Source: a bacterium (GTDB lineage Bacteria > UBA8248). Taken from it: DNA of 64,000 nucleotides. The translations under genes were made by a program, and so were the position numbers. Numbering within the stretch: position 1 is the stretch's first letter; every line of letters begins with the position of its first letter. Shown here piece after piece: positions 17,003-26,954 of this stretch. The notes beneath the pieces are model-generated. The model did not search any database. It was not told the origin of the DNA and was given only the letters and a program-made list of their open reading frames with translations. Location: assembly GCA_965261085.1 (NCBI GenBank), contig OZ253442.1:4032001-4096000 (forward strand), given 5' to 3'.

Positions 17003-18455
17003 GGCCGTACTCCTCCCATCGCCTCGTGACGCGCTCTTTTATCTCGTCCGTCATCACGATCTCGGGCGGCCATTCGCGCTCGAAACCCTCGGACGCCCAC
17101 TTTCGGGTGCCGTCCACGCCCACCTTGCTGCCCACGTGGAGACGCGGCGCCGCGTGTTCGAGCGCATCCACGGGGCCGTCGACGAACACCAGGTCGCGCC
17201 TCGGGTCGATGCTGCCCAGCACCTTCCAGGACACCTCGCTGATGTCGTGCACGTTCACGTCCTCATCCACGATGACGATGACCTTCGCGAGCGCCATCTG
17301 CCCCATCCCCCACAGGGCGTACATCACCTTTCGCGCGTGGTAGGGATAGGCCTTGCGGATCGAGACGATCACCATGTTGTGGAACACGCCCTCGGCAGGC
17401 ATGTGCACGTCCACGATTTCGGGGAGCTGCATCTTCATCAGGGGCAGGAAGATGCGCCCCGTCGCCCCGCCGAGCCAGTAGTCCTCCATCGGCGGCCTGC
17501 CCACGATGGTGGTGGGGTAGATGGCCTCTCTCTTTCTGGTGATGGCCGTGACGTGAAAGACGGGGTAATCGTCCGCCAGGGAATACCAGCCCGTGTGATC
17601 GCCGAAGGGCCCCTCTTCCCTCAACTCGCCGGGGTTCAGGTAGCCCTCCACCACGATGTCCGAATCCGCGGGAACCTCCACGTCCACGGTCTTGCACTTC
17701 ACCAGTTCGGCGCTCTTTCTCCTCAAAAAACCGGCGAGGTTCAACTCGTCAATCGCAGGCGGAAGCGGCGCGCTCGCCGCGTAGACGTAGACGGGGTCTC
17801 CGCCCAGGGCTATCGCCATCTCCATGCGCGCGCCCATTTTGGAGCTTTCCTGAAAATTCTGCGCCCCGTCGTGATGAAGGTGCATGTGCATGCCCGCGGT
17901 CGTCTCGTCGAAAAACTGCACGCGGTAAAGCCCTACGTTTCTTCGGCCAGTCCTCGGGTTTCGCGAGTAGATGTGCCCGAAGGTGATGTAGCGCCCCGCG
18001 TCCTCGGGCCAGCACTTGATGGCGGGAATCGAAAAGAGGTTCGGGTTTTCGGTCTCCACGATCTCCTGGCACTGGGCCGAGCCCACCATTTTCGGGGAAA
18101 AAGATGCGAGGCGCGCGAGCTTGGGCAGCATCTTCACCTTCGCGATGATGCCCTCGGGCGGCTTGATTTCGAGCAGTTCCGCCACCTCGTCGGCCACCGC
18201 ATCCATGCTGTCGACGCCTAAAGCCAGCTTCATGCGCTCATCGGAGGCGTAGGCGTTGATGAGGACGGGAACGTCGAACTCCTCGCCACCTGGGCCAATG
18301 GGTTTTTCGAACAAAAGGGCGGGGCCGCCGCTCTTCACCGAGCGATCGGCGATCTCGGTGATCTCGAGTTCCACGTCCACCGGAACCTTGACGCGGCGCA
18401 ACTCGCCCGCACGCTCTAAGGCATCGACGAATTCTTTAAGGGAGGCGTACGCCAT
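16992..18455 (-). CDS. UbiD-family menaquinone biosynthesis decarboxylase (MqnL-like)
   Basis: EITEIADR, GPALLFE, RNVGLYR, EGPFGDHTG.Y and GRPPMED. Confidence 0.93.
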   Translation of the reverse strand: MAYASLKEFVDALERAGELRRVKVPVDVELEITEIADRSVKSGGPALLFEKPIGPGGEEFDVPVLINAYASDERMKLALGVDSMDAVADEVAELLEIKPPEGIIAKVKMLPKLARLASFSPKMVGSAQCQEIVETENPNLFSIPAIKCWPEDAGRYITFGHIYSRNPRTGRRNVGLYRVQFFDETTAGMHMHLHHDGAQNFQESSKMGARMEMAIALGGDPVYVYAASAPLPPAIDELNLAGFLRRKSAELVKCKTVDVEVPADSDIVVEGYLNPGELREEGPFGDHTGWYSLADDYPVFHVTAITRKREAIYPTTIVGRPPMEDYWLGGATGRIFLPLMKMQLPEIVDVHMPAEGVFHNMVIVSIRKAYPYHARKVMYALWGMGQMALAKVIVIVDEDVNVHDISEVSWKVLGSIDPRRDLVFVDGPVDALEHAAPRLHVGSKVGVDGTRKWASEGFEREWPPEIVMTDEIKERVTRRWEEYGLGG

Positions 18456-18467
18456 GTTTTGGGGAAA

Positions 18468-18752
18468 CTACTCGATGACCTTGGGGACGCGGAAATGGCC
18501 TTTTTCGAAATCGGGCGCCATTTTTTCGATATCTTCGATGGGGGATTCGGTGACCGCATCCTCGCGGAACACGTTCACGAGGTCGAGTACGTGTGAGGTA
18601 GGCTCCACGCCCTCGGTGTCCACCTCGTTCAGCTTGGCGATGTGTTCGAGAATGGCGCTGAGCTGTTCGGTGAATTTCTCGACCTCATCTTCACGCAGGT
18701 TCAGCCGCGCCAGGTTGGACACGTGAATCACATCTTCTCGCGAAATCGACAT
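18468..18752 (-). CDS. gatC: Asp/Glu-tRNA amidotransferase subunit C
   Basis: ISREDV.HV..LARL, L.EVDTEGVEPTSH, REDAV and FRVPKVIE. Confidence 0.95.
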   Translation of the reverse strand: MSISREDVIHVSNLARLNLREDEVEKFTEQLSAILEHIAKLNEVDTEGVEPTSHVLDLVNVFREDAVTESPIEDIEKMAPDFEKGHFRVPKVIE

Positions 18753-18771
18753 CACTCCCTCCTCTGCGCCC

Positions 18772-21081
18772 TTATACCGCTGGCCTTTCACCCGAGTCAA
18801 CGCCCTCATCCAAAGGCGCGAGCGGCGCGTACTTCAAAACCAGCTTTTTGGGCCCCACCTTCTCGAACTCCACGCTCACAATCGTGCGGTCTCCGGTTCC
18901 TTCACGCTTGCGGATGACGCCGAGGCCGAATTTCTTGTGCCGCACTCGCGCGCCGGGGGCAAAAGGGCCGAGCGCGGCGGGGGGTACGGCGGGCGCATCC
19001 TTCGTTTTTAGGCGATGGGCGGTCTTGGCTTCAGATAAAATCTCCCCGTAGCGCGAGTCGGCGTAGTCACGCGGCGCCCTGAAATCGCGCGGGGCGCGCC
19101 TTTGCGTCGGCGCATGATCGCCCACCCGCCTGATGAGTTCAGGCTCAAGCCCCTCCATGAAGCGGCTCGGGCGCGCCGCCCAGCTTTTCTCCGCCCCATC
19201 GGGCCGACGCTCCTTCGCCCAGGAGAGACACAAAACCTCCTTCGCCCGCGTCACTCCCACGTACAGGAGCCTTCTTTCCTCATCAAGAGAAGCCGGCTCA
19301 TCACGGGATCGGCTATGCGGAATCAACCCCTCCTGCACGCCCACTACCCCCACGGCGGCGAACTCGAGGCCCTTCGCCGTATGAAGCGTCATCAAAGAGA
19401 GAGCGCCGCTTTCTTCCGACAGCTCATCCGCCTCGCCCATCAGCGCCAATTCCTCCAGAAACAAGGTCATGGCCTCATCCGATTCGGGCGATACGCCTTC
19501 TTCTTCGAGAATCCGATCCTCAAACGCACGGGCGGCGGCGGCGAACTCGCCCGCACCCTCGATTGCGCGTGCTGCGGCGCGGCGGCGCTCCACCGATGCG
19601 CTCCCCCGCGCTGCGCCCTCAAGCCAGGCCCGGTAACCCGTCCGATCGAGCGCTTCTTCAATCAGACGCGCAGGTCCTGTCTTCTGAGAGGCGAGCGCAT
19701 CAAGCGTCTTAAGCAAGTCCCCGAGACTTTGCGCGGCATTCCCCCTAATGCGGCCTGCGGCCAGAGCGGCCCGCGCATCGGCGATTGTGACGCCCGGCGC
19801 GTCTTCGCCCGCTATCGCCTTCAAGCGCTCCGGCCCCAGCCCTCGGGGCGGGCGGTTGACGATGCGCGAGAATGCCGCACCATCCTCGGGCCGGATGAGC
19901 ACCCGTAAATAGGCGGCCATATCCTGGACTTCGGGGCGATCGAAAAACCGCTGGCCCTTCACCACTTGGTAGGGGATCCCCCGCCTGCGGGCCGCTTCTT
20001 CCAGGGCGCGCGATTGCGAGTTGACCCGGTAGAAGACGGCGACGTCTTTCCAGGGAACCCGGACGCCCGCTCCCGCTTCGATGAGGTGTTTGATAACGGC
20101 TTCCGCTTCCTCTTCAGGGTTCGCCGCCGCCAGATAGCATACGGCCTCCCCCGCAGGATTCTGGGTGAAAAGGCGCTTTTCGTGACGCGCCCCGGCCCCG
20201 CCCATGATGCGCGAGGCAACGCCGAGTATCGCCCCGCTCGAGCGATAGTTTTCCTCGAGACGAAATACCTTAGCACCAGGAAATCTGCGCTCAAAGTGCA
20301 GTATGTTCTCCACCCGCGCGCCCCGCCAGCCGTAGATGCCCTGATCGTCATCCCCCACGGCGAACACGCGCCCATGAGCGCGAGAGAGCAGGGCCACGAG
20401 TTCATCCTGCGCGGGGTTGGTGTCCTGATATTCATCGACGAGAATTTCCTGGAAACGGGTTTGATATTTCTCAAGAACGTCGGGATGTCGCCGGAACATG
20501 CTTAAAGGACGCGCCAGCAAATCATCGAAATCCACCGCGCCCGCCTCGCTGAGGGCGCGCTCATAGGCCGGCGCTATTTTCCGGGCCATCTCCTCCATGC
20601 TGAACGGGGGCGGATTCGAATCACCCACCTCCGCTAGCGAGGTTTTGCGGCGTCCTATCTGCTCCAGAACCGACCTGGGCGCGTAGCGCTCCTCGTTGAT
20701 TTTCGCCCCCCCCATGCACCGCTTGATGAGCGTTACGCACTCACTGCGAGAAAATATGGTGAAGTCGGGAGACAAGCCCGCCGCTTCGGCTTCGGCTCTC
20801 AGGATTCTGGCGCATACCGCGTGAAAGGTTCCCACCCAGATGCCCCGGGCTCCTTCCTCTAATGAGGCGAACAGGCGCGCCCTCATCTCGCCCGCCGCCT
20901 TGTTCGTGAACGTGATGGCCAGAATCCGGGACGGGGCGAGACCCTCGGCGAGCAGGCGCAGGATGCGGTGGACGATCACCCGCGTCTTGCCCGAACCCGC
21001 CCCCGCCAGCACCAGATTCGCACCTGCGGGCGCGAGTACCGCTTCTTTTTGTTGGGGATTCAAGTCTTTCAGATAGTCCAC
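18772..21081 (-). CDS. pcrA: UvrD/PcrA SF1 DNA helicase
   Basis: LN..Q..AV, AGAGSGKT, TFTNKAA, DEYQDTN, LEENYRS, TLHTAKGLEF, EERRLLYV and C-terminal Tudor-like RVRHKKFG; likely GTG start at 21081. Confidence 0.93.
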   Translation of the reverse strand: MDYLKDLNPQQKEAVLAPAGANLVLAGAGSGKTRVIVHRILRLLAEGLAPSRILAITFTNKAAGEMRARLFASLEEGARGIWVGTFHAVCARILRAEAEAAGLSPDFTIFSRSECVTLIKRCMGGAKINEERYAPRSVLEQIGRRKTSLAEVGDSNPPPFSMEEMARKIAPAYERALSEAGAVDFDDLLARPLSMFRRHPDVLEKYQTRFQEILVDEYQDTNPAQDELVALLSRAHGRVFAVGDDDQGIYGWRGARVENILHFERRFPGAKVFRLEENYRSSGAILGVASRIMGGAGARHEKRLFTQNPAGEAVCYLAAANPEEEAEAVIKHLIEAGAGVRVPWKDVAVFYRVNSQSRALEEAARRRGIPYQVVKGQRFFDRPEVQDMAAYLRVLIRPEDGAAFSRIVNRPPRGLGPERLKAIAGEDAPGVTIADARAALAAGRIRGNAAQSLGDLLKTLDALASQKTGPARLIEEALDRTGYRAWLEGAARGSASVERRRAAARAIEGAGEFAAAARAFEDRILEEEGVSPESDEAMTLFLEELALMGEADELSEESGALSLMTLHTAKGLEFAAVGVVGVQEGLIPHSRSRDEPASLDEERRLLYVGVTRAKEVLCLSWAKERRPDGAEKSWAARPSRFMEGLEPELIRRVGDHAPTQRRAPRDFRAPRDYADSRYGEILSEAKTAHRLKTKDAPAVPPAALGPFAPGARVRHKKFGLGVIRKREGTGDRTIVSVEFEKVGPKKLVLKYAPLAPLDEGVDSGERPAV

Positions 21082-21097
21082 GGATATATTTTTCGGA

Positions 21098-21874
21098 TTA
21101 AAACCGGCGGCGGCCCACGCTCGGCTTAGGAGCACGGATGAGCGTTCCCTCGGGATACGCTCCCTTGGAGACGGTCACGTTCGGCGCGACCCAGGAGCCG
21201 GGGCCCAGCAGCACGCCCGGAGAAGTCACGGCGTTACAGCCGATCTCGACGTCATCGCCCACCACGGCGCCGAATTTCGTGAGGCCGGTGTCGATTCGCT
21301 CTCCATCCACTCTAATGACGATGTTTTTCACCTCACCCCTTCTTTTTTCCTCTTCGGTCCTGAGCTCGAGATTCGCCAGCTTCACGCCCGCGCCCAGGTT
21401 CGCCTCCACACCCAGAATGCTGTCTCCCGCGTAGGCGAAATGCCCCGCCTGCGCGCCGTTCAAAAAGACGCTGTTCTTGACTTCCGTCGCATGGCCCACG
21501 ACGGCGCCCGGCCCGATGAGGCAGCCTCCCCGCAAATACGCCCCGTGCCTTACTTCTGCGCCCTCGCAAAGAACCGTCGGCCCCTTGATGACCACACCCG
21601 GCTCCACCCGCGCGCCCGCTTCCACGAGCAGGCCGATAGAGGCGATTTTCAGGCTTTCTCCCGGGACGAGCAGCCCCTCGCTCACCACCAGGCCCTCTTC
21701 CGCGCGCAGCGCGGGTGCCTCGCTCAATGGCGCGTCGGCTTCATCCACCAGTTTCTGGACGAAATCCATAAGACGAGCGACGATCTCCCAGGCGTGCGTC
21801 ACACCTTCGAACAAGGCGGCGTGGGGAAATTCACCGAGCCTCCGCAAATAGGTTCGAGACGCAGTCGCGCTCAT
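21098..21874 (-). CDS. Hexapeptide-repeat (LbH) acetyltransferase, like the C-terminal domain of archaeal-type GlmU
   Basis: GAYLRG, VGHATEVKNS, HFAYAGDSILG, NLGAG, DTGLTKFGAVVGD and IGCN. Confidence 0.82.
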   Translation of the reverse strand: MSATASRTYLRRLGEFPHAALFEGVTHAWEIVARLMDFVQKLVDEADAPLSEAPALRAEEGLVVSEGLLVPGESLKIASIGLLVEAGARVEPGVVIKGPTVLCEGAEVRHGAYLRGGCLIGPGAVVGHATEVKNSVFLNGAQAGHFAYAGDSILGVEANLGAGVKLANLELRTEEEKRRGEVKNIVIRVDGERIDTGLTKFGAVVGDDVEIGCNAVTSPGVLLGPGSWVAPNVTVSKGAYPEGTLIRAPKPSVGRRRF

Positions 21875-23799
21875 TTTTTCATCTCCAGATACCACTCGCC
21901 CAGCGGCGTGATGCTTAAAGTTCCGGCCTCCTCCCGCGCCAGTCCGCCGCGCAGCATCTCTTTTCGTATGCCGGCCGCTTGAACCGGCGCGCCAAAACGA
22001 GCCTCGGCGTCTGAGTCCAGATGCGCATCGGCAGCCTCCAAACCCATCTCACGCATTTCCAAGGCCTTAAGCAAGCAGGTCTCAGCCCGCGCGCCGGGAG
22101 CGTCATCATCCTTCATGCGCCTTAAAATCTCGCGCAACACCTCTTCGCCCGCGGCGCAGAGTCGCCTCTCCCAATCCAGAGGCCCCCTGAGCACCACGCC
22201 CGCCCTGCTCTCGGTCCCTGAGTTCCTCACATAAACCGCGCCCAGCGGCCCGCCCGCCTCATCTTCCAAAGCGAGATACATGACGCCCGCGTCATCCTCG
22301 AGCGCCGCCCGGCGCGGGGTGGCTACGCCTGAGAAGGCGCTCTTTGCGCAGGATGTCAGTTTCGCGCTTATGGCCTCCCACGCCTCGGTGCCCGGCGCGA
22401 AGCGGCTCCGCTCCACATGGTAGGCATAATAGGATTTCTTGAACCCGCGGGGAAACGGCGCGCCGATGGCCGCATACGCTTCTTCCGGGTTCGCCTCCTC
22501 GAAAAGGCTCCGCACCGCCGCGCAGGTGTTGAGGAAACTCTTGAGACCGTCTCCCACCGCGATTCTGCTTCCCTCGCCCACAGCGTTCACCAGCAGGCCC
22601 GGCGCGACCGTATGGCCGGATTCCTCACCGCCTAAGGCGAAGCGATCCCCCCATCTGCGCGCCTCGTTCAAAATCCACTTATCTCCCACGGGGGTGAAGA
22701 CGACCCGAAGCCCCACCTCATTCAGAGCCGCCGCCGCGCCCGAATCGCTCTCTATCGTGATGGCGGCCACACCTCCCTCGGGCAACTCACCTTCTCCTTT
22801 CAGGAAACGCGACTGCAAGACGAGCGCGTCGTCCCCATCCAGGACGTGAAGCGCGTCTCGAAACGGATTGTAGACGAGGGTGTAGCCCCTGTCGCCGTCG
22901 GCGTCCAGGACGCAGGCCGCCGCGAGGCCATCGCCTCGTAGAAGTTCTTCCCGCCGCGAGCGCCCCGCCTCAAAAAGCGCGCGCGCACCTGAATGGCCGG
23001 CGATGAATTCGGCGTCCGCCCCCTCGACGGCGCGCCTGCCTTCGAGTGTGACCACGCCGCCGTTCTCGTTCACGCGGCCACCACCCAAAGCATTCACCTC
23101 CCGCACGCTTAAAGGCGACAATTCCTCCAGAACCTGTGCGGCCACCCCGCTCCACGCCCCCGCCGCCGGATCCACGACCAGGTCCCACCGGGCGAGATCG
23201 CCCTCGCGCAGCCAGGAGTTGGGGAGCCGGGTGACGTAGTCCACGTAAAAGGCGCGCGCCTCGGCTGCGGATTCCACCCCGTGGCCGCTCGGAGGCGTTT
23301 GCTCAACCGTACTCCAGTTGCTCGCCCAGATGCGCGCGCTTAGCGCCGCATCCTCATCCGGGAGGGGCTTCATCGAGTCGGGGGATAAAAGGATTTTCAC
23401 GCCGTTTTGTTCCGCAGGGTTGTGAGAGGCGGTGAGCATCACCGCGCCCGCCCCGCCCACGCCCGCCAGATAGGCCGCAGCCACCGGGGTGGGCATCACG
23501 CCGAGCGAGAGCACGTGCGCGCCCGCGCGCAGAAGACCGCTCACGCACGCGGTGGATAATTCCTCCGCATCACGGGGGTCCCAGGCCAGCACCACCGCAG
23601 CGGGAGAGATGAGCCCTTCTGAGGCTCTTTCCAGAAGCCAGGCGCCTGCTTCGAAGACGTAGTGCTCGATGAACCTCGTCGTCAAGACTCCGTTTTTCAG
23701 AAAAGCCGCCCGCGACTCGACTCCCGCCGCTTGGGGGTGATCCTCATCCACCACGAGACCGCGAACCCCGTCCGTTCCCTGAAACTTCGCTTTTGACAT
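21871..23799 (-). CDS. Alpha-D-phosphohexomutase (divergent GlmM-like)
   Basis: GTDGVRG, TASHNP (phosphoserine), DADGDR (metal), VGDK, GGEESGH and RNSGTE. Confidence 0.85.
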   Translation of the reverse strand: MSKAKFQGTDGVRGLVVDEDHPQAAGVESRAAFLKNGVLTTRFIEHYVFEAGAWLLERASEGLISPAAVVLAWDPRDAEELSTACVSGLLRAGAHVLSLGVMPTPVAAAYLAGVGGAGAVMLTASHNPAEQNGVKILLSPDSMKPLPDEDAALSARIWASNWSTVEQTPPSGHGVESAAEARAFYVDYVTRLPNSWLREGDLARWDLVVDPAAGAWSGVAAQVLEELSPLSVREVNALGGGRVNENGGVVTLEGRRAVEGADAEFIAGHSGARALFEAGRSRREELLRGDGLAAACVLDADGDRGYTLVYNPFRDALHVLDGDDALVLQSRFLKGEGELPEGGVAAITIESDSGAAAALNEVGLRVVFTPVGDKWILNEARRWGDRFALGGEESGHTVAPGLLVNAVGEGSRIAVGDGLKSFLNTCAAVRSLFEEANPEEAYAAIGAPFPRGFKKSYYAYHVERSRFAPGTEAWEAISAKLTSCAKSAFSGVATPRRAALEDDAGVMYLALEDEAGGPLGAVYVRNSGTESRAGVVLRGPLDWERRLCAAGEEVLREILRRMKDDDAPGARAETCLLKALEMREMGLEAADAHLDSDAEARFGAPVQAAGIRKEMLRGGLAREEAGTLSITPLGEWYLEMKK

Positions 23800-23816
23800 T
23801 TACGGAGAGAGAGCCC

Positions 23817-25640
23817 TTAGGCGACGGTGACGGACTTCGCCAGGGCGCGCGGCCTGTCGACGTCGCGCTTCAAGGCCACCGCGAGGAAGTAGGCCAGCAA
23901 CTGACCCGAGACCAGATGCAGGAAGGGCGCGAGCAGGGCGGAGACCCTGGGCAGCACGATCTCCTCGCTGAACAGCCCCTCCACCATCTCGTCCCCCTCG
24001 AAGCGGTAGCCCAGGACGAAGCCGCCGCGCGCGCGAACCTCCTCCGCGCTGCTTCGCGTGAGCGCGTGAAGCTCGGCCTCCTCAGGCGTGGGCATCAGGA
24101 CGATGGTGTACATGTTCTCATCTATCAGGGAGATGGTGCCATGCTTGAGAAAGCCCGCGCTCATCCCCTCCGCGTGGAGATAGGTGACTTCTTTCATCTT
24201 GAGCGCGCACTCGAGCGCCGCAGGGTAATAGATGCCCCTGCCTAGATACAGCCAGTTCTTCATGTGCTGATGCGCCTGCGCCGCCCCGTGAAAAAAGCCT
24301 GCGCGTTCATTGAGCGTCTCGAGCACGAGGTCGGACAAAGAGGAGACCTCCTCCCGGAGCGCTGCGACCTGCGCTTCGCTCAAGCGACCTGCGAGCAGAC
24401 CCAGTTCCATCGAGGCGAGCAGCAATATGACCGCCTGACTCAGGGCCGTCTTGGTGCTGAGGACGGATTTTTCGGGTCCTGCGCCCTGGAGAATCGGAAC
24501 GTCCACCGAGCGAACGAGGGTGGAGCCCATCATGTTCACGATGCCCGCCGTCTTCGCGCCTTTGGATTTCGCATGGCGCAGGGCGCTCAGGGTGTCATAA
24601 GTCTCCCCCGACTGACTGATGGCGCAAAAACCATCCTCAGGCCCGACTTTTGCTACGTGGAGGAATTCGTCCGTACTGATGACGGGCAGATATTTCCCGC
24701 CCAAGCGGCTGAAGAAATACTGGCCCATCGAAGCGATGTAATAGGTCGTCCCCACGCCGCCCAGGAAACATAGCCGCGATTCGTGAATCATCCTGGCCAG
24801 GGCCTGGATATCTTCTCTGGGTATCTGGAGGGCGGCCTGGACGGTGGTGGGCTGATCGTAAATTTCCTTCAGCATGAAATGCGGATAGCCGCCCCGGCGC
24901 GCCTTTCCCGCATCCCATTCAATCTCGGTGACCTCCTTGTCGACGCGCTCTCTGGTGAGGAGACTCTTGACCGCATAGCTCTCCGGCGTGATGACCGCAT
25001 ATTCGCCGTCTTCCATGATGATCGCCCGGCGGGTGAACTCGAAGAACGCGCTGAAATCGGAACCCACGTAGTTGGCGTCGTCCCCCAGGCCGATGATGAG
25101 GGGCGATTCGCGCTTCACGCAGAAAATCCTGCCCGGCGCGTCGGCCGAGATGACCGCCAGGGCGAAGGTGCCTTCGAGTTCGTCGATCGCCTCGACGAAA
25201 CCCTCCTCCACGTCCTGGCCGTTTCGCGCTATTTTCTGCGCCACCAGATGCGCGATGACCTCGGAATCCGTCTCGGAGCGAAACGCAGCGCCCGCGCTCT
25301 CCAATCGATTTCTGAGCTCTTTGTAGTTCGAGATGATGCCGTTGTGGACCACGGCCAGACGGCTCTCGTTGTCCGCGTGGGGGTGCGCGTTCGCCTGCGT
25401 CACCCCGCCGTGCGTCGCCCAGCGCGTATGCGCGATGCCCACGAGGCCCTTCATGTCCGTGAAGCGCTCGAGGGAATTCACCGCCTCCACGGTGCCCACG
25501 TTCTTGCGGATGTCTATCGTCCCGTTTCTTTGAACGGCCATGCCGCAGGAGTCGTACCCCCGGTATTCCAGGGCCGCGATGGAACGCAGGAGTTTTTGCG
25601 AGACGTTCGCGCTCGCCGCCATGCCCGCGATGCCGCACAT
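23817..25640 (-). CDS. glmS: Glutamine-fructose-6-phosphate aminotransferase
   Basis: N-terminal MCGIAG, LEYRGYDS, HTRWATHG, SQSGET, LKMKE and PRALAKSVTV. Confidence 0.96.
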   Translation of the reverse strand: MCGIAGMAASANVSQKLLRSIAALEYRGYDSCGMAVQRNGTIDIRKNVGTVEAVNSLERFTDMKGLVGIAHTRWATHGGVTQANAHPHADNESRLAVVHNGIISNYKELRNRLESAGAAFRSETDSEVIAHLVAQKIARNGQDVEEGFVEAIDELEGTFALAVISADAPGRIFCVKRESPLIIGLGDDANYVGSDFSAFFEFTRRAIIMEDGEYAVITPESYAVKSLLTRERVDKEVTEIEWDAGKARRGGYPHFMLKEIYDQPTTVQAALQIPREDIQALARMIHESRLCFLGGVGTTYYIASMGQYFFSRLGGKYLPVISTDEFLHVAKVGPEDGFCAISQSGETYDTLSALRHAKSKGAKTAGIVNMMGSTLVRSVDVPILQGAGPEKSVLSTKTALSQAVILLLASMELGLLAGRLSEAQVAALREEVSSLSDLVLETLNERAGFFHGAAQAHQHMKNWLYLGRGIYYPAALECALKMKEVTYLHAEGMSAGFLKHGTISLIDENMYTIVLMPTPEEAELHALTRSSAEEVRARGGFVLGYRFEGDEMVEGLFSEEIVLPRVSALLAPFLHLVSGQLLAYFLAVALKRDVDRPRALAKSVTVA

Positions 25641-25641
25641 G

Positions 25642-26847
25642 CTAGTTCTCTCCCCGCGGGTAGGTGTAATGGTGCGGTACGACTTCACCGGGCGGAACGA
25701 CGGCGCCCGAGGCCAGCGTATTCGAGGCGCCCACCTTGGCGCCATCGCCCAGGAACGCGCCTACCTTGTCGAGGCCCGAATCGACCTTTCCCTCCGGCAT
25801 GCGCACCACGATTGCGGACTGGTCGAGATTCTGAATCAGCGTCATCGTACCCGAACCCACCACGGCGTCCTCGCCGATGACGCTGTCGCCCACGAAGGAC
25901 AGCCGCCCCACGCGAACGCCGTCGAACAGGATGCAGTTCTTGAGCTCCACGCCGAAGCCGATGGTCGCGTTCGCGCCGATGGCCGTATAGGGGCGCACTA
26001 GAACCCCGTTTCCCAAAAATGTATTCTCCCCGATGAAGCACGGGCCGAAGATGGAAGCGCCCGATTCGATCACCACGTTTTTCTCGATCACCACGGGTCC
26101 GCGAAACTGCACCGCGCCCCTGAGCCGCACGCTGCCGTCCACGCGGGCCTCGGTCCAGGTGTCCATGACCATGCGGTTGCCCTTGAGCAGATCCCAGGGG
26201 TGTTGGGCGTCCAGCCAGGGTTCCTCCCAAATCGAGGAGCGAAGCCCCTCCCCTGCGCATAATTCGTTGAGCGCCTCGTCCATCTCGAAGTTCTCCAGCA
26301 AATCGAACAGCCGGTGGGGCATGACGAACACGCCGGCGAGGACGTAATTGCCCACCTCGCGCTCGACGGGCTTTTCCACCAGGCGCTCTATCTGCATGTC
26401 CTTGCCGAGATAGACCGTGCCGTAGTTCTGGGCATGGGGCGTATGGCAAATCGCCGCCACGGGCTGATGAAAGGAGCCGAACGCCTGAACGACCTGGCGG
26501 TACATGTTCTCAGACGCCAGCACGTCCGCATAGACCAGCAAAAACGATTCATCCTCCTGAAAATGCCCTTTCGCGAGCCGGATGGCGTCGCGAATTCCGG
26601 TGGGCTCGTCCTGGCGGATGTACTGAATCGTCATCCCGTAGCGCGAACCCTGCCCGAATTCGTTGATGATCCTGTCGGCGCGGTGACCGACGACGACGAC
26701 CAGGTCGCTCACACCGGCGGCCCGTATCTTCTTGAACGCCGAATGCAGGAGCATCTCGCCCGCCATCGGCAGCATCGCCTTCGGCCGGGTATTCGTAAAC
26801 GGATACAAACCGGCCCCGCGGCCGGCCGCCAGAATCAATGCTCTCAC
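25642..26847 (-). CDS. Sugar-phosphate nucleotidyltransferase with LbH domain (archaeal-type bifunctional GlmU-like)
   Basis: ALILAAG.G..L.P.T..RPK, EKP, PWDLL and a hexapeptide C-terminus ending DSGLDKVGAFLGD. Confidence 0.87.
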   Translation of the reverse strand: MRALILAAGRGAGLYPFTNTRPKAMLPMAGEMLLHSAFKKIRAAGVSDLVVVVGHRADRIINEFGQGSRYGMTIQYIRQDEPTGIRDAIRLAKGHFQEDESFLLVYADVLASENMYRQVVQAFGSFHQPVAAICHTPHAQNYGTVYLGKDMQIERLVEKPVEREVGNYVLAGVFVMPHRLFDLLENFEMDEALNELCAGEGLRSSIWEEPWLDAQHPWDLLKGNRMVMDTWTEARVDGSVRLRGAVQFRGPVVIEKNVVIESGASIFGPCFIGENTFLGNGVLVRPYTAIGANATIGFGVELKNCILFDGVRVGRLSFVGDSVIGEDAVVGSGTMTLIQNLDQSAIVVRMPEGKVDSGLDKVGAFLGDGAKVGASNTLASGAVVPPGEVVPHHYTYPRGEN

Positions 26848-26954
26848 GAGACACCTTCCTGAAATTCGCTCAAAATGGCCCCGAAGCGGGGGGTTTCTCT
26901 CGTTTTTTCTATCTTGCGCAGGAAATTATAGCAAATCGGACGACTCCATGCGCA

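Noticed and set aside
18468-18752. gatC without gatA/gatB as an anomaly
   Set aside because: Dispersed gat genes are common; not informative within one window.
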